Shown piece after piece: positions 37,133 through 48,500 of a DNA stretch of 64,000 nucleotides. The DNA is from Carcharhinus longimanus (lineage: Eukaryota). The notes beneath the pieces are model-generated. The model was given only the letters and a program-made list of their open reading frames with translations, had not been told where the DNA came from and made no database searches. Position numbers and translations under genes: made by a program. Every line of letters starts with the position of its first letter. The first letter of the stretch is position 1. The stretch covers positions 42,284,639-42,348,638 of the forward strand of contig JASCQW010000099.1 of the NCBI GenBank assembly GCA_030264375.1, read 5' to 3'.

Positions 37133-38557
37133 TGGACATACTGCAGGGTACCTTTCCCCAGTTGGCTGCATGACATCATGCCGATACGAGTCATTAGTGC
37201 TTTTCAAGAGTGGAAACTAGTCGTGCTGGCCATGCTAGGGACACGGAGGTGCCTAAGGTCCCAGGGGTTGAGGGACAAGTTTGAACATTGGCTGTGGCAG
37301 TGTCCAGGGGCTCTGACAGGGGGTAACCCTCATCCATTAATTGGAGGTGGATGGGCTTTCCCTTTGTGTGTTGGGGATGGGGCGAGTAAGAGCCCTAATG
37401 CCCAAGAGGTCACGTGGGAGCCCTGATACCTGCCAGGGCAGGGGGTACCCCAATATTGGTGTTGGGGCGATCCCATGCTTGTGGGGGATCCCAATTTCCA
37501 ACAGAGGCCTTGGTGTCCGTGAGAGGGGGTGTTAATATGCAACATTGAGATCATGGTGGCATGTTGAGGCCCCTCTTGGAATTGTACAGAAGAAAAGGCA
37601 TCTGTAAAGCCATTGGATTTCTCACAGCTTTTCTCATCTGATCCAACATTTGACCCAAATTTTATGTCACAAGTAGCTGTGTCCTGACCCCTCAAAGTTC
37701 AAGCCATCAGAAACAAGAGATTTCAAGAAGTTTGATTCAGTAAAAGAGCAGTCTGTTTGAATGCCAGCCCTTCATTACCTTACTACCCATTCCTTCTATC
37801 ACTATCAAACTGCAACTGCAGTACAAGGGATCAATAGGAAGGTTTGCAGAAAACCCAATTCTATGGTGCCTCCCAGCCTTGTGGCAGTGAGAACAGTATA
37901 ATGAAAGCGCTACCATTTCCCAGTGATATACTAGCCTGAGTTACACACAGAGCAGGATTTTGTGCACCACTACCTGCCAGACATGTATTTGCAGGAAGGG
38001 GCACGTAAAGTATGAGGGGAGCCCAGCCCAACCCTGAGCTGTCCTCCATAAAATGTGAGGTGGGCAGGTGTCAAAATTGGTAACTCATCTGTCATTTTGA
38101 AACAAATAATGATCAATGGAGCTTGTTACAAAGCCAACTGACTGGGAATTTACACTAGTGGGGGTGTGGACAGGTGGACAGAAGTGGGCAGTTTGTTTTT
38201 TTGAGCCCAAGTTGAAAAAAGATAAGGGGGGGGCGGCGGTGCTGGAGGCTATCATTCCTTCCACCCCTGCTATCTTTGCGGGCAAATGGGGAATGGGTAT
38301 TAACTGAAGTCTTCTCAGTGTCACCCACATGCAGAGAATAAATTATAAGAATGTATTACTAAGAGCTAGCCAAATATCTTCATTCATTTATTGTTACTTT
38401 AATCTGATTTGCCACTGTTTGTGCACTATGATAGTCTATATTACGTGTACCAAGTCAGATAATTATGATGTGTTCAGTAATTAGCTCTGAGCTATGTTCT
38501 TCCAAGTAACTCATGAAGTTAATTAAAGTAGTGGTTTAGTAACTTTAACACTCTTAC

Positions 38558-38745
38558 TTTGATGGTTTTTCTACTGTGCGATATGTGTTAAATGCTTGTA
38601 GCTGCTGCTGAACACCAACAAGTGAGTTGGCAAATTTACGATTGTTCAAGATGATTATGGTCTGTTCAATCCACTCCAGCAGGTCAGATGCCAGGGATTC
38701 ATACTTTTCTATCATTTTCTCAGTCTCAATTGCATAGTCAAGCAC
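38558..38745 (-). CDS. SPTBN1: SPTBN1 exon 9 ([25 protein letters not shown]...RTVEKPSK)
   Basis: ORF 38554..38745; cag|GTG...AA|gtaaga; 188 nt. Confidence 0.95.
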
Positions 38746-39354
38746 CTGTCAGATTTTGAAATAGAACAATTTTATCATAAAAAATCTAAGACATGTCAGC
38801 TATATAAAAATAATATTCTACAATTACTTCAGTAAATGAGTTCTGGGACGGTTTAATCCGTTGATTATTGTATTAGAATAAATACTTTGGAATGAGTTAA
38901 TAACTGTACATAATTTAAAACAAAACAACTTTGAGGCCAGTAGCTTAATTGACTATATAATTATTTTGTGAATGCTTAAGGTGATTATTATGAAGCAGCG
39001 TGGTGTTCAACTCATCTACTGAGCTTATGACCTTACTTAAACCTTCATGGAATGGTGAGGCATTTCCCATTGAAGAAAAAATACATATTTTTAAAATATG
39101 GCAAATAACCCTTCTATGTCTGGACATGTAACTCAGTAGGATTATTAACAGAAACAAAAGCAGAGAACTGGTCTGACTATTGACACCAGTATTTAAGAAC
39201 TTAAGATGGGAGAATTACAGTTTCAATGTGTTTTAATTCAGACTGCTTTGTATACTTAGTTCACTGCTGAATGACATTACACCATTTTTCTGATGTTACT
39301 GGACGTTTTCCTTCATTTGTTACATAGTAGGTTACAAAAAAAACGTTCAAATAC

Positions 39355-39467
39355 CTTTCCAATACGTTTTCCTTCCACAGCAAGGGCCTTCATTTTGGAG
39401 AAGTAATGGTAGTATGTCACCACATAAGTAATAATTGACTTCTCATCAGGGTGATCAACACTGACAT
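39355..39467 (-). CDS. SPTBN1: SPTBN1 exon 8 ([38 protein letters not shown])
   Basis: cag|AT...AAG|gtattt; 113 nt. Confidence 0.95.
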
Positions 39468-39654
39468 CTGGCAATAAAATGTTGAGTATTACCTAACTGC
39501 ACAACAGTTCAAAACAGCTCGTATAAAATATAAGTGAAGGGCAATGATCAATTTTACATAACAGTGTATATTTAAGTTATTGATGTCAATGCATACTTTT
39601 AGGACAGCAAGTGAGAGATCAAATAACACAACCGAAGGATAACACAACCGAAGG

Positions 39655-39977
39655 ATCCCGACAAAGTAGAAAGCCATTTGGCCCAGTGAGTCTGCACTGA
39701 CTCTCTGAAAGAGCATCCCATCCACGCCTTCCCCTCTAACTCCACATGTTTCCCATGACTAACCCATCTAACTTACACATCTTTGGACACTTAAGGAGCA
39801 ATTTAGCATAGCCAATCAACCTAACCTGCACAGCTTTGAATTGTGGGAAGAAGCAAGAGCAACCAGAGAACACCCATGCAGACGCGGGGAGAACATGCAA
39901 ACTCCAGTCACCGAAGGCCAAATTCAAACCCAGTGCTGAGAGGCAACAGTGCTAACCACTGTGCCACCGTGCCACCC
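39655..39977 (-). mobile_element. HE1/V-SINE-type SINE, near full length
   Basis: Ends cagtgctaaccactgtgccaccgtgccaccc; V-domain core present. Confidence 0.85.
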
Positions 39978-40238
39978 TAATACTGGTGCTATTTTAGTTT
40001 TTTTCCCCCCAATAAGCTCAATTTAAATTATGAACATCAGATTGGGGAAATGATGCAAGGACTGGAGGTGGGGAAGAGTTCAGGAAATAAAAAGGTGATT
40101 TTGTTTGGAGAATGGAATTAACAACAGTTGAGAAAAGACATTTCTAGTTTTCAAGCAGCAAATTATACAAAGTCATTAGATGAAAAGTTCCTACAAAGTA
40201 ACATGCTAAGATTTAAAAATGGAACATTAAAAACTAAC

Positions 40239-40354
40239 CTTCGGGGTCCAGCAGCTTGGTAAGTCCAAGATGTTGCTCTGCAAGATTGAAAGCATTCTGG
40301 AGATTGTAATGGGCATTAGACTTCTTCAGCTTGTCAAAGTCAATCAAGTCCGGT
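40239..40354 (-). CDS. SPTBN1: SPTBN1 exon 7 ([38 protein letters not shown])
   Basis: cag|A...G|gttagt; 116 nt. Confidence 0.95.
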
Positions 40355-40461
40355 CTGACCAAAGACAACAAAGTGAGCAGATATGGACACATACGTATTA
40401 GAAACTGGATGCAAAGTGTGATTATTTAAATATTTCTTTGAATTTACCAATGCCAACATAC

Positions 40462-40542
40462 CTATGCTTGTGTATTACAGCATTGAACGCCATGCCATCC
40501 CTCCAGCTGGTGGTGAAGTTGTGAATATTGACATTGGGATAG
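40462..40542 (-). CDS. SPTBN1: SPTBN1 exon 6 ([29 protein letters not shown]2)
   Basis: Within ORF 40422..40619; tag|C...AG|gtatgt; 81 nt. Confidence 0.95.
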   Translation of the reverse strand, partial: LSQCQYSQLHHQLEGWHGVQCCNTQA

Positions 40543-40934
40543 CTATGGAGAGGAACAGAAAATGTAAATTTATTTTTAATCTGCTTTTCAAAGTGGAAGT
40601 GAAGAAATTTAACAAACAAAAATTGACAAGCTACATTTCCTCATTGCCATTTTAATAAAATTGTAAACTCATTCTTCAGAAACAGATTTATAATTTGGTT
40701 ACACAGAGGAAATCTTCCTATGGGTTGGTTATATTGGAACTGCAGTGGCATTATTTCCTCAAATCCTTATCTCTGGTGAAAATGTTATTTAAAGGTTTTG
40801 ATAGACAAATCGGAAAACTTGCTACAATTACTATATTGCTAACACATGTAATTAGAGAAGAATTATCTCTGATATTAAAATTCACATTTAGCAAATACAC
40901 AGCTACTCTTGTAAGTTTAGAGTAATCAACAAGC

Positions 40935-42001
40935 GTGCTGGGTAAGACCAAGATTTAAAAAAGTGAGACAGAGGGTGGTGGTGGAGGGAGAATTTTCAGA
41001 CTGGAGGCCAGTTACCAGTGGTGTACAACAGGGATCACTGCTGAGTCCTCTGCTATTTTTATCAATGACTTGGAAGAGGGGGCTGAAGGGTGGGTTAGTA
41101 AATTTGCTGATGACACCAAGATTGGTGGAATAGTGGATGAGATGGAGGGCTCTTGCAGGCTGCAAAGGGACATTGATAGGATGCAGAGCTGGGCCAAAAA
41201 GGGGCAGATGGAGATTAACCCTGATAAGTGCAAGGTGATTCATTCTGGTAGGATAAATTTGAATGCGGATTACAGGGTCAACGGCAGGGTTCTGAGGAAT
41301 GTGGAGGAGCAGAGAGATCTTGGGGCTAATATCCACACATCTCTGAAGGTTGCCACTCCAGTGGATAGAACCGTGAAGAAGGCTTATAGTGTGTTAGTGT
41401 TTATTAACAGAGGGTTTGAGTTTAAGAGCCGTGGGGTTATGCTGCAACAATACTGGACCTCGGTGAGACCACGTTTGGAATATTGTGTGCAATTCTGGTC
41501 ACCTCACTACAAGAAGGATGCGGAAGCATTGGAGAGAGTGCCGAGGAGATTTACCAGGATGCTGACTGGTTTGGAGGGTAGGTCTTATGAGGAAAGGTTG
41601 AGGGAGCTGGGGTGTTTCTTTTTAGAGCAGAGGAGGATGAGAGGCAACTTAATAGAGGTTTATAAGATGATGAAGGGGATAGATAGAGTGGGCGTGCAGC
41701 GACAATTTCCTAGGGTGGATGTAGCTGTTACTAGGGGACATAACTACAAGGTTAATGGTGGGAGATATGAGAGGGATGTCTGAGGTAGATTCTTCACTCA
41801 GAGTGGTTGGCATGTGGAATGCACTGCCTGCTGTGATAGTGGAGTTGGACACTTTAGGAACTTTCAGGCGGTTATTGGATAGGTACGTGGAGCACACCAG
41901 AATGATAGGGAGTGGGGTAGCTGGATTTTGGGTTTGGACAGAGCTCGGCACAACGTCGAGGGCAGAAGAACAGTACAATACAGTACAAGTCCTATGTTCG
42001 A
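40935..42001 (+). mobile_element. CR1 LINE, 5'-truncated, with an open 237-aa RT C-terminal frame (41070..41783)
   Basis: SKFADDTKIGG (RT catalytic DD motif), RPRLEYCVQFWSPHY and LEQRRMRGNLIEVYK are CR1 ORF2 motifs; 3' UTR follows. Confidence 0.92.
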
Positions 42002-42439
42002 GGACTGTCAACTGAGTACCATTTAACAATGGTCCATCTTGACTGTCAATTTGCACTCGTTGTCCAGTTGAAGTTTGCCTTTTGGCCTCTCTGCAGACAT
42101 TGTTCTATAATTAGCTTCCAAATCTAATTTCTAAGTGTGTGTTTTTTGACCCCTAAATCTCAAGTAGCTAGTTTGCTGGACAACAGAACATTAAGTTTCT
42201 GTGTCGTTTCCGTTTGTTTCCTTGATACTGAAAATCAGCTTTGCAGAAGATGCCTGCTTTTGTATTGATTATATAGTCAACACTTCTATATTGTCCTGTT
42301 TTACTAATCGTTTTTCTACCTTTTAGTGTGCACACAGAGCATATTTGTATTCTTTCTGAATCCCCAGTGAAATTTCGTCAAGTTACTTTTCTTTCTGGCA
42401 AACCTTATAGCAAGAATTAGCAATATTTTATTGCCAGAC

Positions 42440-42905
42440 ATTAAATCTTGAAGGGAATTGCTTGATAGAGCAGACGCAGCACGGTTTCATTAAAGGGAAG
42501 TCGTGTCTGACAAATTTACTGNNNNNNNNNNNNNNNNNNNNNNNNNNNNNNNNNNNNNNNNNNNNNNNNNNNNNNNNNNNNNNNNNNNNNNNNNNNNNNN
42601 NNNNNNNNNNNNNNNNNNNNNGATGTAGCTGTTACTAGGGGGCTTAACTATAAGGTTCATGGTGGGAGATATAGGAGGGATGTCCGAGGTAGATTCTTTA
42701 CGCGGAGAGTGGTTGGGGTGTGGAATGCATTGCTTGTTGTGATAGTGGAGTCGGGACACTTTAGGAACTTTCAAGTGGTTATTGGATAAGCACATGGAAC
42801 ACACCAGAATAATAGGGAGCGGGATAGCTTGATCTTGGGTTCGGATATAGCTCAGCACAACAACGGGGGCCGAAGGGCCTGTACTGTACTGTTCTAAGTT
42901 CTATG
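42440..42905 (+). mobile_element. Second CR1 LINE copy, middle hidden by gap
   Basis: cagcacggtttcattaaagggaagtcgtgtctgacaaattta (QHGF.KGKSCLTNL) before the gap; after the gap closely similar to 41718-41990. Confidence 0.88.
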
Positions 42906-43614
42906 CCAAGAAAGAACCAAATGTAGGCTTCCTCAAAATAGCAGTGGGTGAAGAAAAGAATGCAATGAGTAAGAGCTAATTTATTCAGAATTTTGCTGCC
43001 TTTATAAACTCAGGTATAAGTTCAGAAATTAAGAACTAAAATTAATCTACCTATTACCAGTAAAGGCACTTTTTAGTGAAGGTGACCTGTATGCATGTAC
43101 TTAGAGTAAATGCATACATACAAGGTGTGTTTTTAAAACTTAAGAACTGGATTATAATGTTTCTAATACTTTGCCCCTAAAACATCACTTCATTTCCAAA
43201 TTATTTAGCTTTAAAAGCATGCTAAATACATAAATCTACCATTTAGATGGTTTGCAGGAATCCTTTACTCAGTTATTCATCCAAAAATAAGACAAATACT
43301 TGAATTGATTATATTTGCAATACCAAAGCCATTATTGCAACCCAAAAGTTTACAAAATGCCTTCAAAAGATAGCTCCAATTGAGGAGGTTATTATTTGAT
43401 AGATATTATAAATATATTTAACAAAACAACACAAGATATGGTTTTGTTTTTGAACATTCAAAGGGGACCTTAACTGAAACATCCCATCAAAGATAAAAGT
43501 AGTAAGAGCGCTGAGGCGAAGCAAAGCAGATTTTTGTCCGAACTTAAGAGCTTAAAAGAACAAAATCACAATTGCACAGAAACTTTATTACAGCAATTCC
43601 TTTATGGCACTCAC

Positions 43615-43706
43615 CCTGCTGTTTTCATTTGGCACCACAACAGCAAAGCATCTTTTGCAGATTTCTTTTCCTTGTTGTCTTCTGACTCAACGCTGATATC
43701 TTGGAT
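43615..43706 (-). CDS. SPTBN1: SPTBN1 exon 5 ([31 protein letters not shown])
   Basis: cag|ATC...GG|gtgagt; 92 nt. Confidence 0.95.
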
Positions 43707-43918
43707 CTGGATAATAAAAATGAATATCAAATTGGTTAATTTAGTTGCAAAATTTGAGCTACTGAAGAGAAGCAGGTTTAAGTGGTCCTAAACACATCAG
43801 GTGCTTGCACAAAAAGGAACGCTCATATTTTGTTTAAGTGGCCAAAGTGTAGAATAATTAAAACAAACATTAATTAATCCTAAAGATCCTAGCAGCATCA
43901 TTGCATTGATGAATTTAC

Positions 43919-44092
43919 CTGGAATCGAAGAATGATGGTCCAAATTAAACCAAGAGTGAGTCGGTGGTTTCCATCCACAATATCATGGGATCCCATATTT
44001 TCTAAATGTACTCTTTGCTCTTTAAGGAATTGAAGGGCTTTGTCAACATTTTCAAGACAATGGATTCGCATTCGTCCTTTTGTTGGTTTTGG
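43919..44092 (-). CDS. SPTBN1: SPTBN1 exon 4 ([58 protein letters not shown])
   Basis: Manual translation; tag|CCA...CAG|gtaaat; 174 nt, phase 0-0. Confidence 0.95.
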
Positions 44093-44394
44093 CTAGTTGA
44101 GAAAGAGGGGGAATATGCACATAAATACCAAATATCATGCAAAAGAACTGTAGCACTGGAGTACTGAATAAATGCTGGTCCAGAATTTTCAGTTGTAATG
44201 ACAGCAAAATTGTCAGCATTCACTGTCCTCACAGCTCTGAAACTGATAGCAAATTCCATGTTTCTTCAGAAAATGTGCTGTTGAAGATCCCTCCCAAATA
44301 CAACCAATCAAAAATCACTTAGGACGAAAATTAAAAATTTATCACCATCCCATCTCTAAACCCACTTTCCCCTCTAGAACCCTTGAACACATTA

Positions 44395-45391
44395 GGGGTG
44401 ATTTTACCATTGCGATCCACCCATTTTCAGGCATGACATGGTGGTAAAGTCGAGCTAAAACACTTAGCACGACTGTGCTGGTATTCACGACCGGCGCCAC
44501 TGTAAGAGTGCCACATTTGTGGCAAGGTCAGCCTCGCATTGGAAATGGGCGGGAGGTAGGTTAATATATGGAAATGTATTATAATGTTGTTTTACATTTG
44601 CTTAACAAGGCCAGCACTCAATCGCCCAGGCCTGCCCCCTGGGAAAAATTCATGCCGGCAAGGAATAGACATGCTCCCCACAAACAGGGAGCAGTCAACT
44701 TGGACTCGCCAGTGGAACCGGAGACCATTGAGACCCCACAGGGATGCTGAAGGCAAGGGGGGTGCCCCTTAGACAGTGCCAGGNNNNNNNNNNNNNNNNN
44801 NNNNNNNNNNNNNNNNNNNNNNNNNNNNNNNNNNNNNNNNNNNNNNNNNNNNNNNNNNNNNNNNNNNNNNNNNNNNNNNNNNNNNNNNNNNNNNNNNNNN
44901 NNNNNNNNNNNNNNNNNNNNNNNNNNNNNNNNNNNNNNNNNNNNNNNNNNNNNNNNNNNNNNNNNNNNNNNNNNNNNNNNNNNNNNNNNNNNNNNNNNNN
45001 NNNNNNNNNNNNNNNNNNNNNNNNNNNNNNNNNNNNNNNNNNNNNNNNNNNNNNNNNNNNNNNNNNNNNNNNNNNNNNNNNNNNNNNNNNNNNNNNNNNN
45101 NNNNNNNNNNNNNNNNNNNNNNNNNNNNNNNNNNNNNNNNNNNNNNNNNNNNNNNNNNNNTCCTGCTAATACATGTGTGCAGCATCAGTGGCCTGCACAT
45201 GCACACTATTCCCTCTGCAGGGTTTCAGGTGTGTTAAGCCCCGCCCATGACTTCAGCAACAGGCTTGCTGATATTTTTGCAGGCAGACAGCGTATGGGGA
45301 GAGCCTGAAAACACACCCAAAAGACAGATCTGAAACTCTTCCAGTTTTAGGTCCGCCCAGCAATTAGAAAAAAAATGGTAAACTCACTCCC
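44395..45391. mobile_element. TIR-bounded MITE-like element (gap inside)
   Basis: GGGGTGATTTTACCATT ... AATGGTAAACTCACTCCC imperfect TIRs; ATT flanks both sides. Confidence 0.65.
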
Positions 45392-45532
45392 ATTGTATCA
45401 TCTTTGACTCCAAGATGAACTTTTGACGTCATATTAGTGCCAGAGTGTGGAGCACCTATTTCCAGCTTTTAAATGTTGCTCAACATCATCCTCATCATCT
45501 CATCTGCTGCTGAAACTCATTCATACTTTCAT

Positions 45533-45677
45533 TAAGTGGCCAAAAGTGTAAAGATCCTAGTGGCACTCATTGCATTGCTGAAATTACCTGGAATCGGAGA
45601 ATGATGATCCAAATTAAACCAAGGGTCAGTCGATGGTTTCTCTCCACAATAGCTGAGTAGCCAGATATCTTTTCCAG
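45533..45677 (-). pseudogene. Partial duplicate of SPTBN1 exon 4 (3' half), its donor and downstream intron flank (pseudo-exon or alternative exon)
   Basis: 45588..45677 translates [30 protein letters not shown] followed by gtaatt. 45533-45587 aligns with the intron flank at ~43835-43918 apart from a ~25-nt deletion. Confidence 0.85.
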
Positions 45678-45699
45678 CTACCACCACCACCAGCCACAC

Positions 45700-46262
45700 C
45701 CTGTACCCCCGCTCCACCCCCAATCATCTAATTCTAGCCTCTCCAGCATCCCCGAATAGAGAGCCATGTAGGAGATCAGGTGGGAACACTTCGAACTAGT
45801 CAAGTCTAGAGATAATAAAAGTACGAATGAGTGGTTCAGCAGCAGATGAGCTGGTAAGGGGGTGAAGTCTAGCAACATCCAACAGCTGAAAATAGTCCAT
45901 CTCCCAGTTAAGGGTCATCTTGATTTGAAAATTCTCAGTTGTTTTTAAACCCCTTCTCCATAACCTGACCCCTCACGACCTTGTAATTCTCTCAAACTCC
46001 CCACCCTGAGACACCTGTACTCATCTAATTCTAGCCTCGAGCATCCCCAAATGGATAGCCATGCCAGGCCAAGCTCTGGAATTACGCGCCTACACCCCTC
46101 AGCCATTCTACCTGGAATTCACCCTTTAGTACAGTCCTAAAACCTACCTCTTTGACCAAGCTTTTTGTTATTTGACCTACGATTTTCCTGAATGGTTTGA
46201 TGTCATACTTTGTTTCATGATGCCTGTGAATCATCTTGGGATGTTTCATTACATAATAAAGC
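45700..46262. mobile_element. L2-like fragments in both orientations
   Basis: tcatctaattctagcctc occurs twice (near 45724 and 46021); aaaacctacctctttgaccaagcttt is an L2-like 3' motif. Confidence 0.5.
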
Positions 46263-46264
46263 AC

Positions 46265-46882
46265 AGGACATCCTGGGTTTTAATCAATAGGGCATTGAGG
46301 ACAAAAGAAAGAGAGTTAAATTAAACCTGTATAAAAAAAAGGTAAGCCTTAACTGGAGTACTGACGCAAGTTCTCAGCACCACACTTTAGGAAAGGCATT
46401 TGAGTACAGAAAGGATTCACAAGAATGGCTTCAGGGATGAGGAACTTCACACAACTGGAAAAGTTGGGAGTATTTTCCTTGGAGAGGAGGAAGTTGGGAG
46501 GATATTTGATAGAGGCATTCAAAATCGTGAAAGGTCTGGACAGAGTAGATAGGTGAAAAACTGGTCCTACTGATGGAAGGATTGAGAATCAAAGGGCACA
46601 GGTTTGAGGTAATTAACAAAAGGAGGAAAGGTGGCATGAGGAAAAACCTTTCAATGCAGCAAATAGTTAGGATCTGGAATGCACAGCCAGATAGTACGAT
46701 GAAGGTAGGTTCAATCAAGGCTTTCAAGATGGAATTGAATCATTATCTGAAAAGAGAATATTTGTAGGGCCTTGGGGGAAAGGCAAGGGAGTGGCATGAA
46801 GTGGATTGCTCCCTCAGAAGGCCAGCACAGACACGATGGGTTGAATGATCTCTATGGCATAAACATTCTCAGATTCTATGAC
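46265..46882 (+). mobile_element. CR1 LINE 3' fragment, degenerate
   Basis: aactggagtactg..., gatatttgatagaggcattcaaaatc (DLIEAFKI), 3' tail agattctatga. Confidence 0.8.
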
Positions 46883-47899
46883 TAAAGGTGTTAGGTTGTT
46901 GATGTTGCCTCATGCTCTTCGTCTCACTTTTTCAACCTTTGAAAAAAGTCACACCTTGTTGAATGAGGAAATAACTGTTTATAATGGCATAACAAGGTTT
47001 ATAATTATTACTCAATAGTCTCACAGGACCTGAAAGGTTAATTTTATAATTATTGATTTTTTTTGCATTAGGAGTTCCACATATTTAAAACAACAAAAAA
47101 AAAATTAGGGTAAGGCGGTGTGTGAAATTTATTCATGATCCTCATGGCTGCCCTGCATCAATTTAACGGCCCACCACCTCCTCTGCCCCCTGCAGGTGGG
47201 GAGCATCAGACAGGTTTGGAGCATATACCCCCTGCCTTCAAATCCTTTGGCTAAAAAGTACAGAATCCAGCTCAATATTTTTTTTGAACTTTATTTGAGC
47301 TCCACAAATATTTATGTTCCAATTATTTACTGCATTGCCTGCAAATTTTTTAAATTGAGGATGAAGGTGTTTTTATACTTCCTGGTTTGCTGTCTAAGGG
47401 AACACTTCAATGTGACTGGCTGCTTACTCTGTTAACAGCACCACTTGCGTTGCATGCCTGGAGATCCCTTGACTTGGTACCAGACTTGAAGTATTGTTTG
47501 TCAGGGGAAGTCCAAACCTAGACCTAAATCCAAGCTCGTTAGATCTTTGTGGGCAACCTTCTACGAGCCAATAGCAAATGCACTGCTTGTTGCTAGTCCC
47601 TAGTCCCAAAATCAAGCCCTTCTTTCACAATATTATTGTAGAATAATTACCAGGCTTATATTAACATGTCAAATTGCTTAACAAATTTCTTCTCACGGTT
47701 ATGACACTTAGAAATTTTTTGGGAAAGTTGCAACAACTAAAGACCAAACTTAAACGTGTAGAAGGCAAAAACCATTAACAACAAAGTTATGGTAACAGGT
47801 TGGGATTAGAGTGGCTCAGCACTTTTTTCTTTTACCCAATAGTTTAAATCATATGTATCTGCCAGTCATTTTTGTTACATTAATCAACGATAACTATTT

Positions 47900-48500
47900 G
47901 CATTTAGTTAGCACCTTCATTTCCATTAAATATTCCAAACTGCTTCATAGGAAGATCAAATAAAATTTGACACTGAACCACATAAAAACTTGTGTTAGGA
48001 CAGGCAAAGAGGTAGTTTTTGAGAAATACCATGGAAGCAATAGTAGTAGAGGCAGAGGAAATTGCAGAACTGAGAGCATATCTAGATGCAAGCACAGCTG
48101 TAAACTGTGGAAAGAATAAAACTGGGGGTGTGCAAAAGGCCAAAACTGGAGCACAAAGATGGCGGAGAATTGTAGGATGCAGAAGGTTACAGAGATACAG
48201 AGATGGGTAGAAAGGTGACCATGGAGAGTTTTGGAAACAAAAGCAATTTTAAAATCAAGCTTTGGCTAAACTGGGAGTCAATGCCAGTCAATAAGCGAAG
48301 GGTGGTGTGTAAATGGGACAAGGTACGAGTCCTGTGCCAAGTTTTAGATAGTTAAAGTTCATGGAGAGTGCATATAACCAGTCATTTGATTAGTTGGGTC
48401 TGGATATAACAAAGGTATGGATGAAGGTTTTAGTAAGATATAAGTTGAGGCAGTGCAAAAATGGGGTAATGTTATGGAGTTGAACGTAGATAGCCTTGGC
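47900..48500 (-). mobile_element. L2-like LINE fragment
   Basis: Reverse complement of an L2-like 3' region (gttaggacaggcaaagaggtagtttttgag...). Confidence 0.5.

Noticed and set aside
38558-38570. KPSK where I recall KPPK in other beta spectrins
   Set aside because: A single substitution that cannot be distinguished from lineage variation or base error without an alignment.
44744-45237. Long ORFs made mostly of X (also near 6379, 15292, 18585, 23203)
   Set aside because: Artefacts of translating through N gaps.
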